NCBI RefSeq assembly: GCF_006345805.1
Contig: NC_043020.1
Location: forward strand, 1,550,001 to 1,614,000
DNA length: 64,000 nt
Direction of reading: 5' to 3'
DNA from: Octopus sinensis
Lineage: Eukaryota
In this document: one piece after another, positions 1 to 55,904 of the stretch
How positions within the stretch are numbered: the stretch's first letter is position 1
Layout: every line of letters starts with the position of its first letter
Position numbers and translations under genes: made by a program
Notes under the pieces: generated by a model
The model's input: only the letters and a program-made list of their open reading frames with translations
Told to the model about the DNA's origin: nothing
Databases searched by the model: none

Positions 1-208
1 TAAATGTTCTAATATTTACACAGCCTTGATTTTTTAAAACTCATTATGCAAAAAAATTCTTATCTATCTATCTGACATTTCTGTGTTATACGATCCCTAT
101 TGATCGTTTTTTTTCTTTCTTCTTTTATTTTTTTCCCCTCCCTTTTCTTTTTTTTTCTTTTTCTTTCTTTCCTCTTTCTCTTTCCTTTTTCTTTCCTTTT
201 TACGATCC

Positions 209-975
<767 letters not shown>

Positions 976-1188
976 GTCTGTCTGTGCGTATGTGTGTCTG
1001 TAAAGAAAACAAAACCCAAGTAAATACTATAAAGACCAAGCAAGCATCTGTGACCCGTTCGTACCTGATATGCGAGAGTTTTACAACTGCTTACGTCGTT
1101 AAGATAGCGGTTGACCTACAATAAAACAGATCGATGTCCTGTTTTCCGTCACCAGGAAATGCAATTAATTCTCAAAATCAAAGAGGAA

Positions 1189-1260
<72 letters not shown>

Positions 1261-1467
1261 CAGTTCATAGATATAAGAAATATAAAAACGAACACTCTCG
1301 GTGGTAAGGGAGCTTGTGTGCGGACGCCTCACTTACTAGAGAAAGCAGCCAAATCTCTCTTAAATGAGGTTCTGCGCATTTTTGCTTTTCTTCTAAAAAA
1401 AGAAAGGATACGTTTGTCAATGTACTTCTAAAAATTAAGAAAAAAAATGTGATGGTCACATCTACAA

Positions 1468-1885
1468 GGCGCAGGAGTGGCTGTGTGGTAAGTAGCTTGT
1501 TTACCAACCACATGGTTCCGGGTTCAGTCCCACTGCGTGGCACCTTGGGCAAGTGTCTTCTACTATAGCCTCGGACCGACCAAAGACTTGTGAGTGGATT
1601 TGGTAGACGGAAACTGAAAGAAGCCCGTCGTATATATGTATATATATATGTATATATGTGTGTGTGTGTGTTTGTGTGTCTGTGTTTGTCCCCCTAGCAT
1701 TGCTTGACAACCGATGCTGGTGTGCTTATGTCCCCGTTACTTAGCGGTTCAGCAAAATGGACCGATAGAATAAGTACTGGGCTTACAAAAGAATAAGTCC
1801 CGGGGTCGAGTTGCTCGACTAAAAGGCGGTGCTCCAGCACGGCCGCAGTCAAATGACTGAAACAAGTAAAAGAGTAAAAGAGTAA
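1468..1885 (+). mobile_element. tRNA-derived SINE, family A (internal (TA)/(TG) microsatellite, GTAAAAGA tail); other copies about 3455-3737(-), 8138-8450(+), 18727-19091(-), 21524-21938(-), 31342-31507(-), 39378-39767(-), 52224-52561(+)
   Basis: Head ggcgcaggagtggctgtgtggtaag..ccgggttcagtccc (A/B-box-like); near-identical copies throughout the window. Confidence 0.9.
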
Positions 1886-2276
1886 GTCTTGGATCATTAT
1901 CTTGCTTCAATCAGGAATGGCTCAGGGCTAAACAGCAACACAACCGCAATCATCACAACAGCCGCAGCAGCAGCAGAAACAGCAACAACAACAACAAGAA
2001 TGTTAACGCTGTAGCCAAGGAGGCAGCCATTATGCGATCGTTTCACCTGCATGAGATAGCAGCCAAATCTCCCTCAAATCAATCCCTAAGATATTTTTTA
2101 TAGAAATGAAACGTTGGTTAATGCATTCATAAAAATGGGGGGAAAAAACCCCCAAAACACCAGATGTAATCGTCACGGCTAGACCGTCTTTGATCATGGC
2201 TCTGCTTCATCGGCGCCGACCTAGGGCTAAATCACACACAACTACGATCACAGCAGTAGCAGCATGAGTGACTTCT

Positions 2277-3450
2277 TATTTCTTTACTACCCACAAGGGG
2301 CTAAACATAGAGGAGACAAACAAGGACAGACATAGGGATTAAGTCGATTATATCGATCCCAATACGTAACTGGTACTTAATTTATCGACCCCGAAAGGAT
2401 GAAAGGCAAAGTCAACCTCTGCGGAATTTGAATTCAGAACGTAGCGGCAGACGAAATACCTATTTCTTTACTACCCGCAAGGGACTAAGCACAGAGAGGA
2501 CAAACAAGGACAGACCAACGGATTAAGTTGATTACATCGACCCAGTGCGTAACTGGTGCTTAATTTATCGGCCCCGAAAGGATGAAAGGCACAGTCCAGC
2601 TCGGCAGAATTTGAACTCAGAACGCAGCGGCGGACGAAATATCAGAAAGCATTTCGCCCGGTGTGCTAACATTTCTGCCAGCTCGCCGCCTTGTACAGTG
2701 ACTTCTACTTGATTCTTAACGCTCTTGCCAAGGAAGAAGGTGTTGTGTGGTTGTTCCATGTGCAAGACATAGCAGCCAAATCTCTCTCAAATGTCACTGT
2801 GATTTAAAAAAAAAATCTATACGCTGGTTAATGTAGTTGTGGACATCCAGGAAAGAAAAAAAATCGAGATGGTCATCAACGGAACACTTGTTTGCAAGTT
2901 CGATCAAGGTTGACATAGAACTTAAACAACTGCAACAGCAACAACAACAACAATTTATAATCCTAAAGGCGCAACGCTTGAAATTTTGAGGGAGGGTATT
3001 AGTCGATTGCATCGACCCCCAGCGTTTCACTAGTACTTAATTTATCGACCTCGAAAGGATGAAAGGCAAAGTCAGTCTCGGAGGAATTTGAACTCAGAAC
3101 GTAAGGATGGACAAAATACCTATTTCTTTACTACCCACAAGGGTAGTAAACACCGAGGCTACAAACAAGGACAGACAAAGGGATTAAGTCGATTATATCG
3201 ACCCCAGTGCGTAACTGGTACTTAATTTATCGACCCCGAAAGGATGAAAGGCAAAGTTGACCCCGGCGGAATTTGAACTTAGAATGTAGCTGCAGACGAA
3301 ATACCTACTTCTTTACTACCCACAAGGGGCTAAACACAGAGAGGACAAACAAGGACAGACAAGGGGATTAAGTTGATTACATCGAAACCCAGTGCGTAAC
3401 TGGTACTTAATTTATCGACCCCGAAAGAATGAAAGGCAAAGTCGACCTCT
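2277..3450 (-). mobile_element. Cluster of tRNA-derived SINE family B copies in head-to-tail multimers; other copies about 28693-28922(+), 33462-33618(+), 34472-34699(-), 38750-38966(-), 41041-41200(+), 47588-47801(-)
   Basis: Head ggcggcgagctggcagaa..gagttcaaattcc, body gactttgcctttcatcctttcggggtcgataaattaagtaccag; ~185-bp units at 2277, 2461, 3121, 3306. Confidence 0.88.
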
Positions 3451-3547
3451 GTACTTGCCGAACCGCTAAGTGACGGGGACGTAAACACACCAGCATCGTT
3501 GTCAAGCGACGTTGGCGGGATAGCCACAGATACACAAACATATACAT

Positions 3548-3581
<34 letters not shown>

Positions 3582-3590
3582 GTATATATA

Positions 3591-3625
<35 letters not shown>

Positions 3626-3760
3626 CGACGGGCTTCTTTCAGTTTCGTCAGCTTGCCCAAGGTGCCATACAGTGGGACTGAACCTGGAACCATGTGGTTG
3701 GTAAGCGAGCTACTTACCACACAGCCACTCCTGCGCCTATATATATATATATATATATAT

Positions 3761-4014
3761 AACGGGAAGCTTTATGAAAGAAAACAAAAGACGAAGGCAG
3801 ATGGAGTACAAACAAACAATTGTATTAGTAAGGCGCTCAAGAAATATAAATAAACAAGCTTTTAACGTTTCGAGCCTACGCTCTTCAACAGAAAGATACA
3901 CAGAAAAGAAACACGGAGAGAAACAAGGAGAGAAACAAGGAGAGAAACAAGGAGAGAAAAAAAATGCGTGCAGAAGCTAGCGATTCAACATGGCGAATAT
4001 ATATATATATATTG

Positions 4015-4047
<33 letters not shown>

Positions 4048-4054
4048 TATATAT

Positions 4055-4088
<34 letters not shown>

Positions 4089-5415
4089 ATATATATATGT
4101 ATTAAATTTCGCTTACTTTTTACAAATATTATAAATATATATATATATATTATAATATTATTATATAATAATTAATATTTCAGTGCGGAAATCAATGTCT
4201 GTTTGTCTCGTTTACTTTATTTTTACCCTTACTAGAGTGAAAAACTTTATCTGAAGTCGCTGAAGTCAATTCATCTCTTTTATTTAGATCTAAATTTACT
4301 TCTTACATCTGGCGTTAATTGGATGTAGGTTGACTATTGCTGCTGCTGTTGCATTTGTGGTTGGTGCTGCTGCTACTCTGTTGTTATTGCTGCTGCTGTT
4401 GCATCTGTAGTTGGTGCTGCTACTCTGTTGTTATTGCTGCTGCTGTTGCTGCTGTGTTTTGCTTTTATTGATGTTGTTGTTGTAGTCTTCATCACCTCAA
4501 GCCAATCTTAATCGCGACGAACCGGAAGTGTTTAGTACTCCATTATCCGAGTCCAGAATCAATGAGGAGATTAAGCTGCTATTTCTAGCCGTTCCTTCAA
4601 TTACACAACATTGATGTTTAACCCGGTGGTTAGTCCTGAATGAACAAAATCTGCGATCAAAGTCGTTCAAGCCATGACCATCACACCTATTTTTGAGTAA
4701 TGGTGTGTACTCCAGCTTACAAAATAGAAACCCTTTTTGCATCACAAACGATTGGGTTTGCTTTGAGGGAGAATTTGCTACTATATTCAGGGGGTGAAGC
4801 GACTATAAAAAGTCGCCACTCCTTCGTTGATTCTTCGTTTTGTAACAGCAGCAGCACCAGCGGCAGTACTGGAAGTGTTAGTAGTAGTAGTTGTAGTTGT
4901 AGTAGTAGTAATAGTAGCAGCAGTAGAAGTGGTGGTGGTGGTGGCAGTACTAGAAGTTGTAGTAGTAGTTGTGACAGTAGTAGCAGCAGCAGCAGCAGCA
5001 GTGAAAGTAGTAGTTTGGCAATTTTATTGAATAAATTTACTCTTTAGTATTTCAAGATATTTTTATGCAATTTTGGTAAAAAAATATCTGTTAAAATGAG
5101 ATGTCAGTGTTATTTTCGTTTTTGCGTAATTTACACAGCAATTTATTCAACGCACTCTGTATATAATATATATATTATATATATATATTATATATATATA
5201 ACGGGAAGCTTTATGAAAATAGACAAAAGACGAAGGCAGGTGGGAAACAAACAAACAATTGTATTAGTATGGCGCTCAGGAAATATAAATAAAACAAGTC
5301 TTTAACGTTTCGAGCCTACGCTCTTCAACAGAAAGATACACAGAGAGAAAAAAAAAACACAGAAAGAAGGAGAGAAAAAAAATGCGTGCAGTAACTAACG
5401 AATCAACATGGCGTA
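3761..5415. repeat. Two copies (3761-3995, 5200-5415) of a ~220-bp repeat next to (TA)n, each with a degenerate hammerhead-like motif on the - strand
   Basis: acgggaagctttatgaaa..aacgtttcgagcctacgctcttcaacagaaagatacacag shared by both copies. Confidence 0.75.
5048..5075 (+). CDS. Candidate signal-peptide exon of the cadherin gene (YFKIFLCNF-G)
   Basis: ttactctttAG|tat ttc aag ata ttt tta tgc aat ttt g|GTaaaa. The phase-1 end matches exon 7528 and gives hydrophobic YFKIFLCNFGFVSG-QC. The upstream ATG exon was not identified. Confidence 0.35.
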
Positions 5416-5791
5416 TCAATAATAAAGTGATTTTTTTCTTATCAGGAACAAAATGTTTAGTAGGACTACTATAGAAGTGCTCAATTAAATGAGACAAATA
5501 TATTAAACTGTGGTTGCAGAACAAACAAACATAAGGTCATCCACGTAACATATCACATCTCGAACATTTAATCACATAATGCTTTTTCTTTCACATGGAA
5601 TATACACGCATAAAATCACGGAAGATGAAACACAACCCACCAATACAAGCATAAAAGAAAAATATAAGAAAAATGTGTGAATACAGTCCATCGCGGTTAA
5701 AAGTTGATGATTAATACTTTAGCGACCAAAAAAATATATATTTTAACATTATAACATCTAGAATAATAAATATTATATATATAAATATTAT

Positions 5792-6560
5792 ATGGGTGTA
5801 ATTGTTGATGACGATCTCAGTTGGAGTGCACACATCAACAAGAAGGTCGATATAGCTCGTAGGATGAGTTCCTGGATCTTAAGAACTTTCCGGTCCAGAG
5901 AACAAGGTGTCATCATACCACTTTTTTCCTCCTTTGTACGGCCACACCTTGAATACTGCTGCTGCCCACTGTGGTCTCCTCACACAAGACAAAACATCTC
6001 CAGAATTGAGTCACCCCAGAGGGCACTCACTAAACGAATTGAAGGCATGGCTGCTCTCGATTATTGGGATCGCCTTAAAGCCTTGAAACTTTACTCCCTC
6101 CAGCGTCGCCGTGAGCGGTACATCATTTGTACGATGTGGAAAATATACCGCCAACTTTGCCCAAACGACCTAAACATTAGCTTCAAGGTTCATCCAAGAC
6201 TTGGACCACGGGCTATACGTCCCCTGCCCAATTCAAGATCACAACATACATGTACACGCAACATAATTTCTTTTCCTCAACAGGCCCTGCCCTATTTAAC
6301 ATTGTCCCGAGGGAGATCAAAGAGGAAAAGGATCCCATCAACTTTAAACAGAGTCTAGATAGATTCCTTCAAAGAATACCAGATAAGCCACCCATAATTG
6401 GATACAACTCACCCAACAAGAACTCACTACTTGAACAAAACTTGACTTAAACAAAACTTGACTTAAACAGGATTCGAATAATCCTATCAGGTGGTGCTAT
6501 TAAGTTAGACATGGCCTGGACCAATCTTTGGTCGAAACATATCTAAGTTTATCTAAGTTT
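5792..6560 (+). mobile_element. 5'-truncated CR1/L2-group LINE (ORF2 C-terminus, 3' UTR, tandem ATCTAAGTTT tail); a short 3'-end copy lies at ~59997-60068(-)
   Basis: GVIVDDDLSWSAHI..RPHLEYCC..WSPH..LYSLQRRRER motifs; frameshift near 6250. Confidence 0.85.
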
Positions 6561-6571
6561 ATATATATATT

Positions 6572-7250
6572 ACGTCCATGTAGTTTGAGGCAGCAAAGTT
6601 TGGGGTAGGAATTTTGAAAGGCCGCACAGATTTCCTTTTATACTGTGTTCGAACCTGATTTATGTGCCTCCATGCTACTTTTCGAATGTGGCTCCGTTCA
6701 TCGTTTATCATGGCCAGTAAAATATTTTCTGGGTACTCGAAGAAAGTATTCCGTTGTATAACTGGAAATACAATGTCTTGTACCGCTTGATCCTTTTCTC
6801 TCGAAGACTCAATCTGCGTGAACACGTTTAAAGTCCCCATTTTCCGAGGAAGTGTTGCGTTTAATTGAGAACCACATTGGCACATAAACTTTCATTATGT
6901 AAGCAACACTTAATTTCCTCGTGTTAGAAGGATTCTTGGTAGCAACATACAACCGTAGTATACGATCTGCTGTTGTAAACCATCGAGAATGCACCATTCT
7001 ACCGGGATTCCTTAATGCCATTTCAGAAACATTTCCTTCTGCGAATGTAGTGTTGCACAGCCACTGAACAAACAGTTCATTCTGGTATGCGTCAGCAGGA
7101 CAACAGATGCGGAGACAATCAGAAACAAACATCAGACAATCAGAAACAAACATCGCTTCTAAGTTTCTACTTTTAATATATAAGGTTCTTTTCTTGTTGA
7201 AAGAAGATCTAACGAAGAATTAGAAGTCCTTCCATTCCCCTGAATGACAT
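6572..7250 (-). mobile_element. Degenerate DNA transposase fragment (hAT-like; subfamily uncertain)
   Basis: PGRMVHSRWFTTADRILRLYV..YVPMWFSIK then PVIQRN.FF..PENILLAM, split by a frameshift. Confidence 0.65.
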
Positions 7251-7527
7251 GCCAATTAATCTACATCTGGGAATTTTACAGGTGTTACTACTCCGCATCA
7301 GAGTACACCTGAGAATAATGATTCCAAATTTTGGCACAAGGGTAGCAATGTCGAGGAAGTGGCTAAGTCAATTATTTCAATCCCAGTGTTCAACTGGTAC
7401 TTATGAAATAAGACTTACTGAACAAGGACAAATGTTATTACACAATGTTATGTAATAAATAAATATAGCTTAACATTTAATCATTAATCACTGATTGATC
7501 TATTTTACCTTTTTCTTATTTCTGTAG

Positions 7528-32558
<25,031 letters not shown>

Positions 32559-32753
32559 GTAGGTAAAGTTTAAACAAATACAGTTTGTTTATTTCAGTAT
32601 AACGTAATGTATTTTCATATTTCAAAAATGCTTTCAAATGTTGTTCTCCCGTTTCATATATATATATATTTATATACATGTATTATATATTGTGAGATTT
32701 GATTTAGTATTACTAAATTGAATTTTTCCTTGTAAGTGTGGAATCATATTCCC

Positions 32754-32791
<38 letters not shown>

Positions 32792-32942
32792 GTGTGTGTA
32801 TGTGTGTGTGTCCCTCAATTTGTTTTTCAGTTTGGCAGATAGAAAGATTTATAGAGTTGTTTATACTCATAGGTGTGAAATGTTAGTGTATGTGTGTATG
32901 CTTGTGAGTGTGTGTGGGTGTATGCGTGCACGCATATATAAC

Positions 32943-32990
<48 letters not shown>

Positions 32991-33172
32991 CGATATATAA
33001 GACGATACAACTTGGCAGCAGTGACTTCGCAACTCGTTTCTACAGCTGAGCGAACTGGAGCGATTCGAAATAAAGTATCTTGCCCCGCAACACGATACAC
33101 AGTCCGGTGCAGGAATAGAGCTCATTACCTCATGATCGTGAGCTCGACTCTCTAAACACTGAACCATGCGGC

Positions 33173-33224
<52 letters not shown>

Positions 33225-33289
33225 TATATATATATATATATAATATATATATATACATATATATATATGTATATATATATGTATATATA

Positions 33290-33333
<44 letters not shown>

Positions 33334-33393
33334 GTGTGTGTGTATGTATGTGTGTGTGTGGTGGTGTGTGTGTGGTGTGTGTGTGTGTGTGTA

Positions 33394-35105
33394 TCAGATT
33401 GAGTAGAAAGTAAGCAATATTTTGAAACATAAATTCTTTACAATATATTTCAAAAAATTTCTTCTGTCTTTACGTTCTGAGTTCAAATTCCACCGAGTTC
33501 GACATTGCCTTTCATCCTTTCGGAGTCGATAAATTAAGTACCAGTTGCGTACAGGGTTGATTTTATCGACTGGCACCCTCCCCAAAAATTTCGGGCCTTG
33601 TGCCTAGAATAGAAAAGAATATATTTCAACAGTACGGAAATTTTATTCATGAAAGGAAGTACCATTACAAGTCACACATACGTATTTGCCAACGAATTAC
33701 AAGTTTGTTTATTCTGGTAACATAAAAGTCTGGAGTTCTGGAGCTGATGAACTCTTTGTACGCACTTTCAGCATCGGTTTGATTTTCGATTTCCTTCTTT
33801 CGCAGGAAAATATCAAAGTGCTTGAAAAAGTGGTAGGCAGCAGGAGGAAGTTCTGAGGAATGAGCTGGGTGGGGAAGAACTTCATAGCTAAGTTCCCCTT
33901 ACTTTCGGGGCGTCGTTAGTGAAATGTGTGGTCGAGCATTTTCATGAAGAATTATTGGCCCTCTTCTGTTGACCAGTCAGGAGCAGAGGAGTAGCAGTTT
34001 TTCGTTCATTTGGGCAATTTCATGGCAATATCTTTCTGCAGTAATGATTTTTCCGGGTTTTAAGAAGTTATTGTGGATGAGTCTAGCAGTACACCACCAA
34101 ACAGTCACCATGACCTTCTTTCTGAAGAACTCGGGTTTAAGGAAGGTTTTCGGTGCTTCATTTCGCTCCAATCACAGCGAGGAACGTTTTTTTTTTTTTA
34201 TTATTGTACACAATCGACTTTTTTTAATCGCAACTCACAATACGGTCGAGAACAGAATCAATCTGATGACAGAAAAGAAGCGACGAACAAATGTCATATC
34301 TACGCATTTTCTGATTTTCATTCAAATCGTGTGGAACCCATTTGTCGAGCTTTTTGGATTTGCCGATCGCATGCAAATGGCTGCAGGCAGTTTTCAGGCT
34401 AACTTTTTTTCCTTTGCCAGTTCTCGAGTGGTTTTACGTGGATCTTTTTCAATGATGGTCTTTAATTTACCTATTTCTTTATTACCCACAAGGGGCTAAA
34501 CATAGAGGAGACAAACATGGACAGACATAGGTATTAAGTCGATTATATCGACCCCAGTGCTTAACTGGTACTTAATTTATCGCCCCCGAAAGGATGAAAG
34601 GCAAAGTCGACCTCGGCGGAATTTGAACTCACAACGTAACGGCAGCCGAAATACCGCTAAGCATTTCGCCCGACGTGCTAACGATTCTGCTAGCTCGCCG
34701 TCTTTAATTTACCGTCATCGATGACAGATGGATGTCCACTAAGTTCACGATCTTCAAAGCTCAGAACTCCACTGCGAAATCGTTTAAACCATTTTCGAGC
34801 TGACCACCCACTGGTCATTTCCTCTCCAAACGTTTCGTTGATATCGCGAACAGTTTCAGCTGCTTTACGTCCCTTTTTGAAGTTGAATAGCAAAATTGCT
34901 CGAATGTCGCGCTTTGAGAGTTTCATTTCAGATGATTGTAACAACGGTGAATAAAATATCAATGTTAATTTATTGATGCATTTGGACAATTCTATATCTG
35001 TATTATCAGATAATTTTAAAAAAAAGTTTTTAAAAGATTCAAAACTCTGCAAAAATCCGGTACAAATTCTTCATGGATCAAAACGTTGCTTACTTTTTAC
35101 TCAAC

Positions 35106-35109
<4 letters not shown>
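33394..35109 (-). mobile_element. Near full-length, inactivated mariner element with two nested SINE B copies
   Basis: TIRs tcagattgagtagaaagtaagcaa / ttgcttactttttactcaacctga with TA flanks; MKLSKRDIRAILLFNFKKGRKAAET, KKVMVTVWW, HENARPH; SINE TSD gtctttaatttacc at 34458-34471 and 34700-34713. Confidence 0.9.
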
Positions 35110-35144
<35 letters not shown>

Positions 35145-35430
35145 AGTTTGAAAACGCCACTATATAAGATAAATTTTAATTTTCTTAGAAATATTACGTT
35201 TCGGTTCTTCTTGAAAAAACGAACCTTATCAAAATTAATTAAAAAAGTTAAGTGTAATAAAAAAGTTCATAATTGTTTCTTACTGGTCTCAACAGAATCC
35301 ACGCGGTGGTTTTTTGTGGGGAGTAAGCATAATAGCTGTCTTATGTGTTCGAATAACACAAGGTATATATATAATATATATATATATATTATATAGTATA
35401 TATTATATCTATATATATATATATATATAT

Positions 35431-35466
<36 letters not shown>

Positions 35467-36021
35467 CGCGAGAAAGAAGCCACAAGAATGGATAGGTTTT
35501 TAGTACAATCGTTTCATTACAAGGACAGGCTTTATTAAAAGTTGCAAAAATTGCAGCATATAAACGTGTATGTAATCCCTCCTCATATCTCTGGAAATTC
35601 ATATGTACACTATGGATTAAGTCACCTTCCTGTGATGTATTAAAACTTTTTTAAATTCTGTGATAAGCTGTACATCATCTTTAAAGAACTTAATGAACTT
35701 TGGAAATGTTTATGTTACTTAATTATCTACATTACTTCATGAGTATAGCCTCAACCACTAGGATGTCTAGAGAACTCACATGTATTTTAGCTGATGAGTA
35801 CGGGACACGTTTATATGCTGCAATTTTTGCAACTTTATAAAAGCCTGTCCTTGTATGAAACAATTGTACTAAAAAACCTATCCATTCTTGTTGCTTCTTT
35901 CTCGCTATAATCACCCCACATTACTGTATTGTTAAAACCGTATAGTTTGTTTTGGTGCATCTAAGTTAGGTACCATATTCAAGTAAATTCATTTAAATTA
36001 ACTTGAATCTTTATTGCTTTT

Positions 36022-36066
<45 letters not shown>

Positions 36067-36660
36067 ACACACACACACAATCAAACGTTACGAGTTGAAG
36101 GAGTGAAACGAGTAAAATACTACGTATATATCTTAGCTACCTGATTCGCTGATGTAATAATTATTCAACGAGGGGTACTCGACATAATTAATCAGCCGTC
36201 TGAGAGTGCATTAATTAAATGAAGGTTACTTTGTTAATTGAACGCTGTATGAATGCTGGTATATATACATATATTATATGTATATATAACGATAGACTAA
36301 GAACGGAATTTAAATGAAAGATACGTATATCGTAAGGTCGACTTGTTCGACTGCATCCTATAAAGCAATACTGCAGCATGCCCGCAGTCACGTGACTGAA
36401 AAAAGGGGACAGCTACACATAGTACAATGCAAAATCGGTGAATTATGCAAAGGCAAGGGAAGTAACTCTAAATAGAGACATTGAAATGATTCAGCCATAC
36501 TGAAATGAGAGTACGATTTTATTGGAATATACAGAGTCCGTCCCCCAAAAATGTATAAATACAAGAACACCTATTAATATAAATACCATTATCGATGTTT
36601 TATCAACTTGCGTAAACACTGAATAAATTACAATACCACTGAATTAAGATATTTATACAG

Positions 36661-36735
36661 GTTTCTCCTTTCCTGAAGTGTGCATACGCTATTGTTTTGA
36701 CGGGCTCTGTATGTGTGACAAAGATAGGAGGCAAA
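36661..36735 (+). CDS. Candidate exon between cadherin and receptor: signal-peptide-like VSPFLKCAYAIVLTGSVCVTKIG (frame 0) or Cys-rich GFSFPEVCIRYCFDGLCMCDKDRRQ (phase 1-1)
   Basis: atttatacAG acceptor at 36660; GC donor after 36730 (gag|GCAAAG) and GT donor after 36735 (aaa|GTATGT). Each frame is open and has one donor that is phase-compatible with receptor exon 39080. Confidence 0.45.
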
Positions 36736-37384
36736 GTATGTACTATGGATAAGTTCCGGCCTTATTATACCTCCTTTTCTTTCAGTCACATTTCTTTCAA
36801 TGCAAGGTTTTGGCTGCGAGGCAAGACGTTTGCTTCCCAATCACATGATTACGAGTACTTTGGCCAAGAATCTTCTGCTATAGCCTCCAGCCGACCAAAG
36901 ACTTGTGAGTAGCTTTGGCTGACAGAAACTGAAAGAAGCTTGTCGTGTATATATATATAGATAGATAGATACACATATATATATAAATATATATATGTAT
37001 GTATCTATGTATGTGTGTATGTGTATATATATGTATGTATGTATGTATGAATATATATTATATATATGTACATATGTATGTACATTATATACGTATATAT
37101 GATATATATATATATATATTATATATATCTATATATGTATATATATGTATATATTATGTATATATGCGCGTGTGTGTGTGTGCTGATATATATAATTATA
37201 TATATATGTATATATATATATCAGCATACACACACACGCGCGCACGCAGGCGCGCACACAGGCGCGCACACACACAAACACGCACACACACACACACGAA
37301 CACACGCACGCACACATGCGCACACGCACAACACACACACACACACACACACAAAGTTGACATCATAAGGATTCTTTATAAACA

Positions 37385-37484
37385 NNNNNNNNNNNNNNNN
37401 NNNNNNNNNNNNNNNNNNNNNNNNNNNNNNNNNNNNNNNNNNNNNNNNNNNNNNNNNNNNNNNNNNNNNNNNNNNNNNNNNNNN
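37385..37484. other. Assembly gap (100 N)
   Basis: Run of exactly 100 n; true size unknown. Confidence 1.
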
Positions 37485-37686
37485 TTGTGCGCGTGTATAT
37501 ATCTATAGTTTATATTTATATGTATATATATCCCCTTCTTTGTGCTTGTACCTGATGTGAAACAAGCTGCACAGATTGAACCAACAGAATTAGACGCACA
37601 AAATCTTACCCATAACGGACAGTTTCCGGACGGGTCGCACTGAAAAGAATAATAGACTCAAACCTATTTTCCATTTCCTTCATCAA

Positions 37687-37729
<43 letters not shown>

Positions 37730-37742
37730 CGCACACACACAC

Positions 37743-37807
<65 letters not shown>

Positions 37808-38313
37808 GCCAAATTGTATTTAATTTGCTTTGCGGGAGCAACTGTTGTATCGAAAGCGTATATTGTTGTTAAATGCTCGAAATACGAGACTAGAAAAACA
37901 GCCAACAACTTTATGTTGTTTGTCTTGCTTTCCATTTGTGTCTTTCGTTGTTCGAAAAAATAGTTCATATTCCATGCACTGGTACTTCGTATTTTTGTTG
38001 TTGTACACGTTTCATGATGTCCTGTGTCCAAATATGCATATATATATATATATATATAACTTGGAAAAGAATGCGTGGCATTCGATCATATAATAATATA
38101 AATAATATATAAATATGTGCATATAAACATACATATATGTACATACCTACATACATATGTATATATACATGCATATATGGGTACAGGACATTAAAAAAAA
38201 ACATTGAACACAATGAGAAACGAAAACAACAAAAACATAGAAACGAACTTTTTGTCAAATAACGAAAAAAACCAGCTACTACTACTACTACTACTACTAC
38301 TAACTACTACTAC

Positions 38314-38363
<50 letters not shown>

Positions 38364-39079
38364 GCCTTGATGCAATATCAGACAGTGGCCCCCATGGTTT
38401 CTGATCTTTACCGATTGGAAGTATTATCATGTACATGTTCTGTCTTGGTGTAAAATATGGCCAACAGCAAATATTCTGCTCAATACCAAAGATTTGATTG
38501 TCAGATGTTTGACCTTAACCAGTTGTGCATGTCCCTCGGTTGACAATACGCGCATCTCTGATCACGAGCGGGAGTAGTGAGGGAGCATTCTAGCTATGTG
38601 CTGAGAGGAATTCTTTGGGGTTTGGATAACTCACCTCTGAAAACATGGGTTTTTCGTTCATCATCCTCACACAAACATCATTCAGAAACCTTTTGAGCGG
38701 GATGGACTACTCGACATGAAGAAAATTCTAACCCCTTGATAATAATAATGGTTTCAAATTTTGGCACGAGGCCTGCAAGTTTGGGGAGAAGGAGATAGTT
38801 GCTTACATCGTCCTCACACAGGTCAACTGATATTTATTTTATCGATCGCGAAAGTATGAAAGTCAATGTGGACCTCGGCAGAATTTGAACTCAGATTATA
38901 AGGTCGGACAAAATACAGCCAAAGCATTTTATCCGGCGTACCAGCAATTCTGCCAGTTTGCCGCCTTAACAACAACAACAATAACAACAACAACAATAAT
39001 AATAAAGATGTTTGTAAATCATTTTATTGTCGTGCTAAGTAAAAATTAACATGGTATTTTATATTTTGTAACTTTTCAG

Positions 39080-55904
<16,825 letters not shown>

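Noticed and set aside
2277-3450. Regularly spaced repeats suggestive of a CRISPR array
   Set aside because: Units are ~185-bp SINE segments without unique spacers, in a eukaryotic context with no cas genes.
32598-32603. 6-nt microexon (ttcag|TATAAC|gtaatg) after the last cadherin exon
   Set aside because: It would need an upstream intron of only 35-39 nt, which is implausibly short.
37973-38035. MHWYFVFLLLYTFHDVLC as the receptor signal peptide
   Set aside because: No phase-1 donor follows and it runs into (TA)n; it appears to be repeat-derived.
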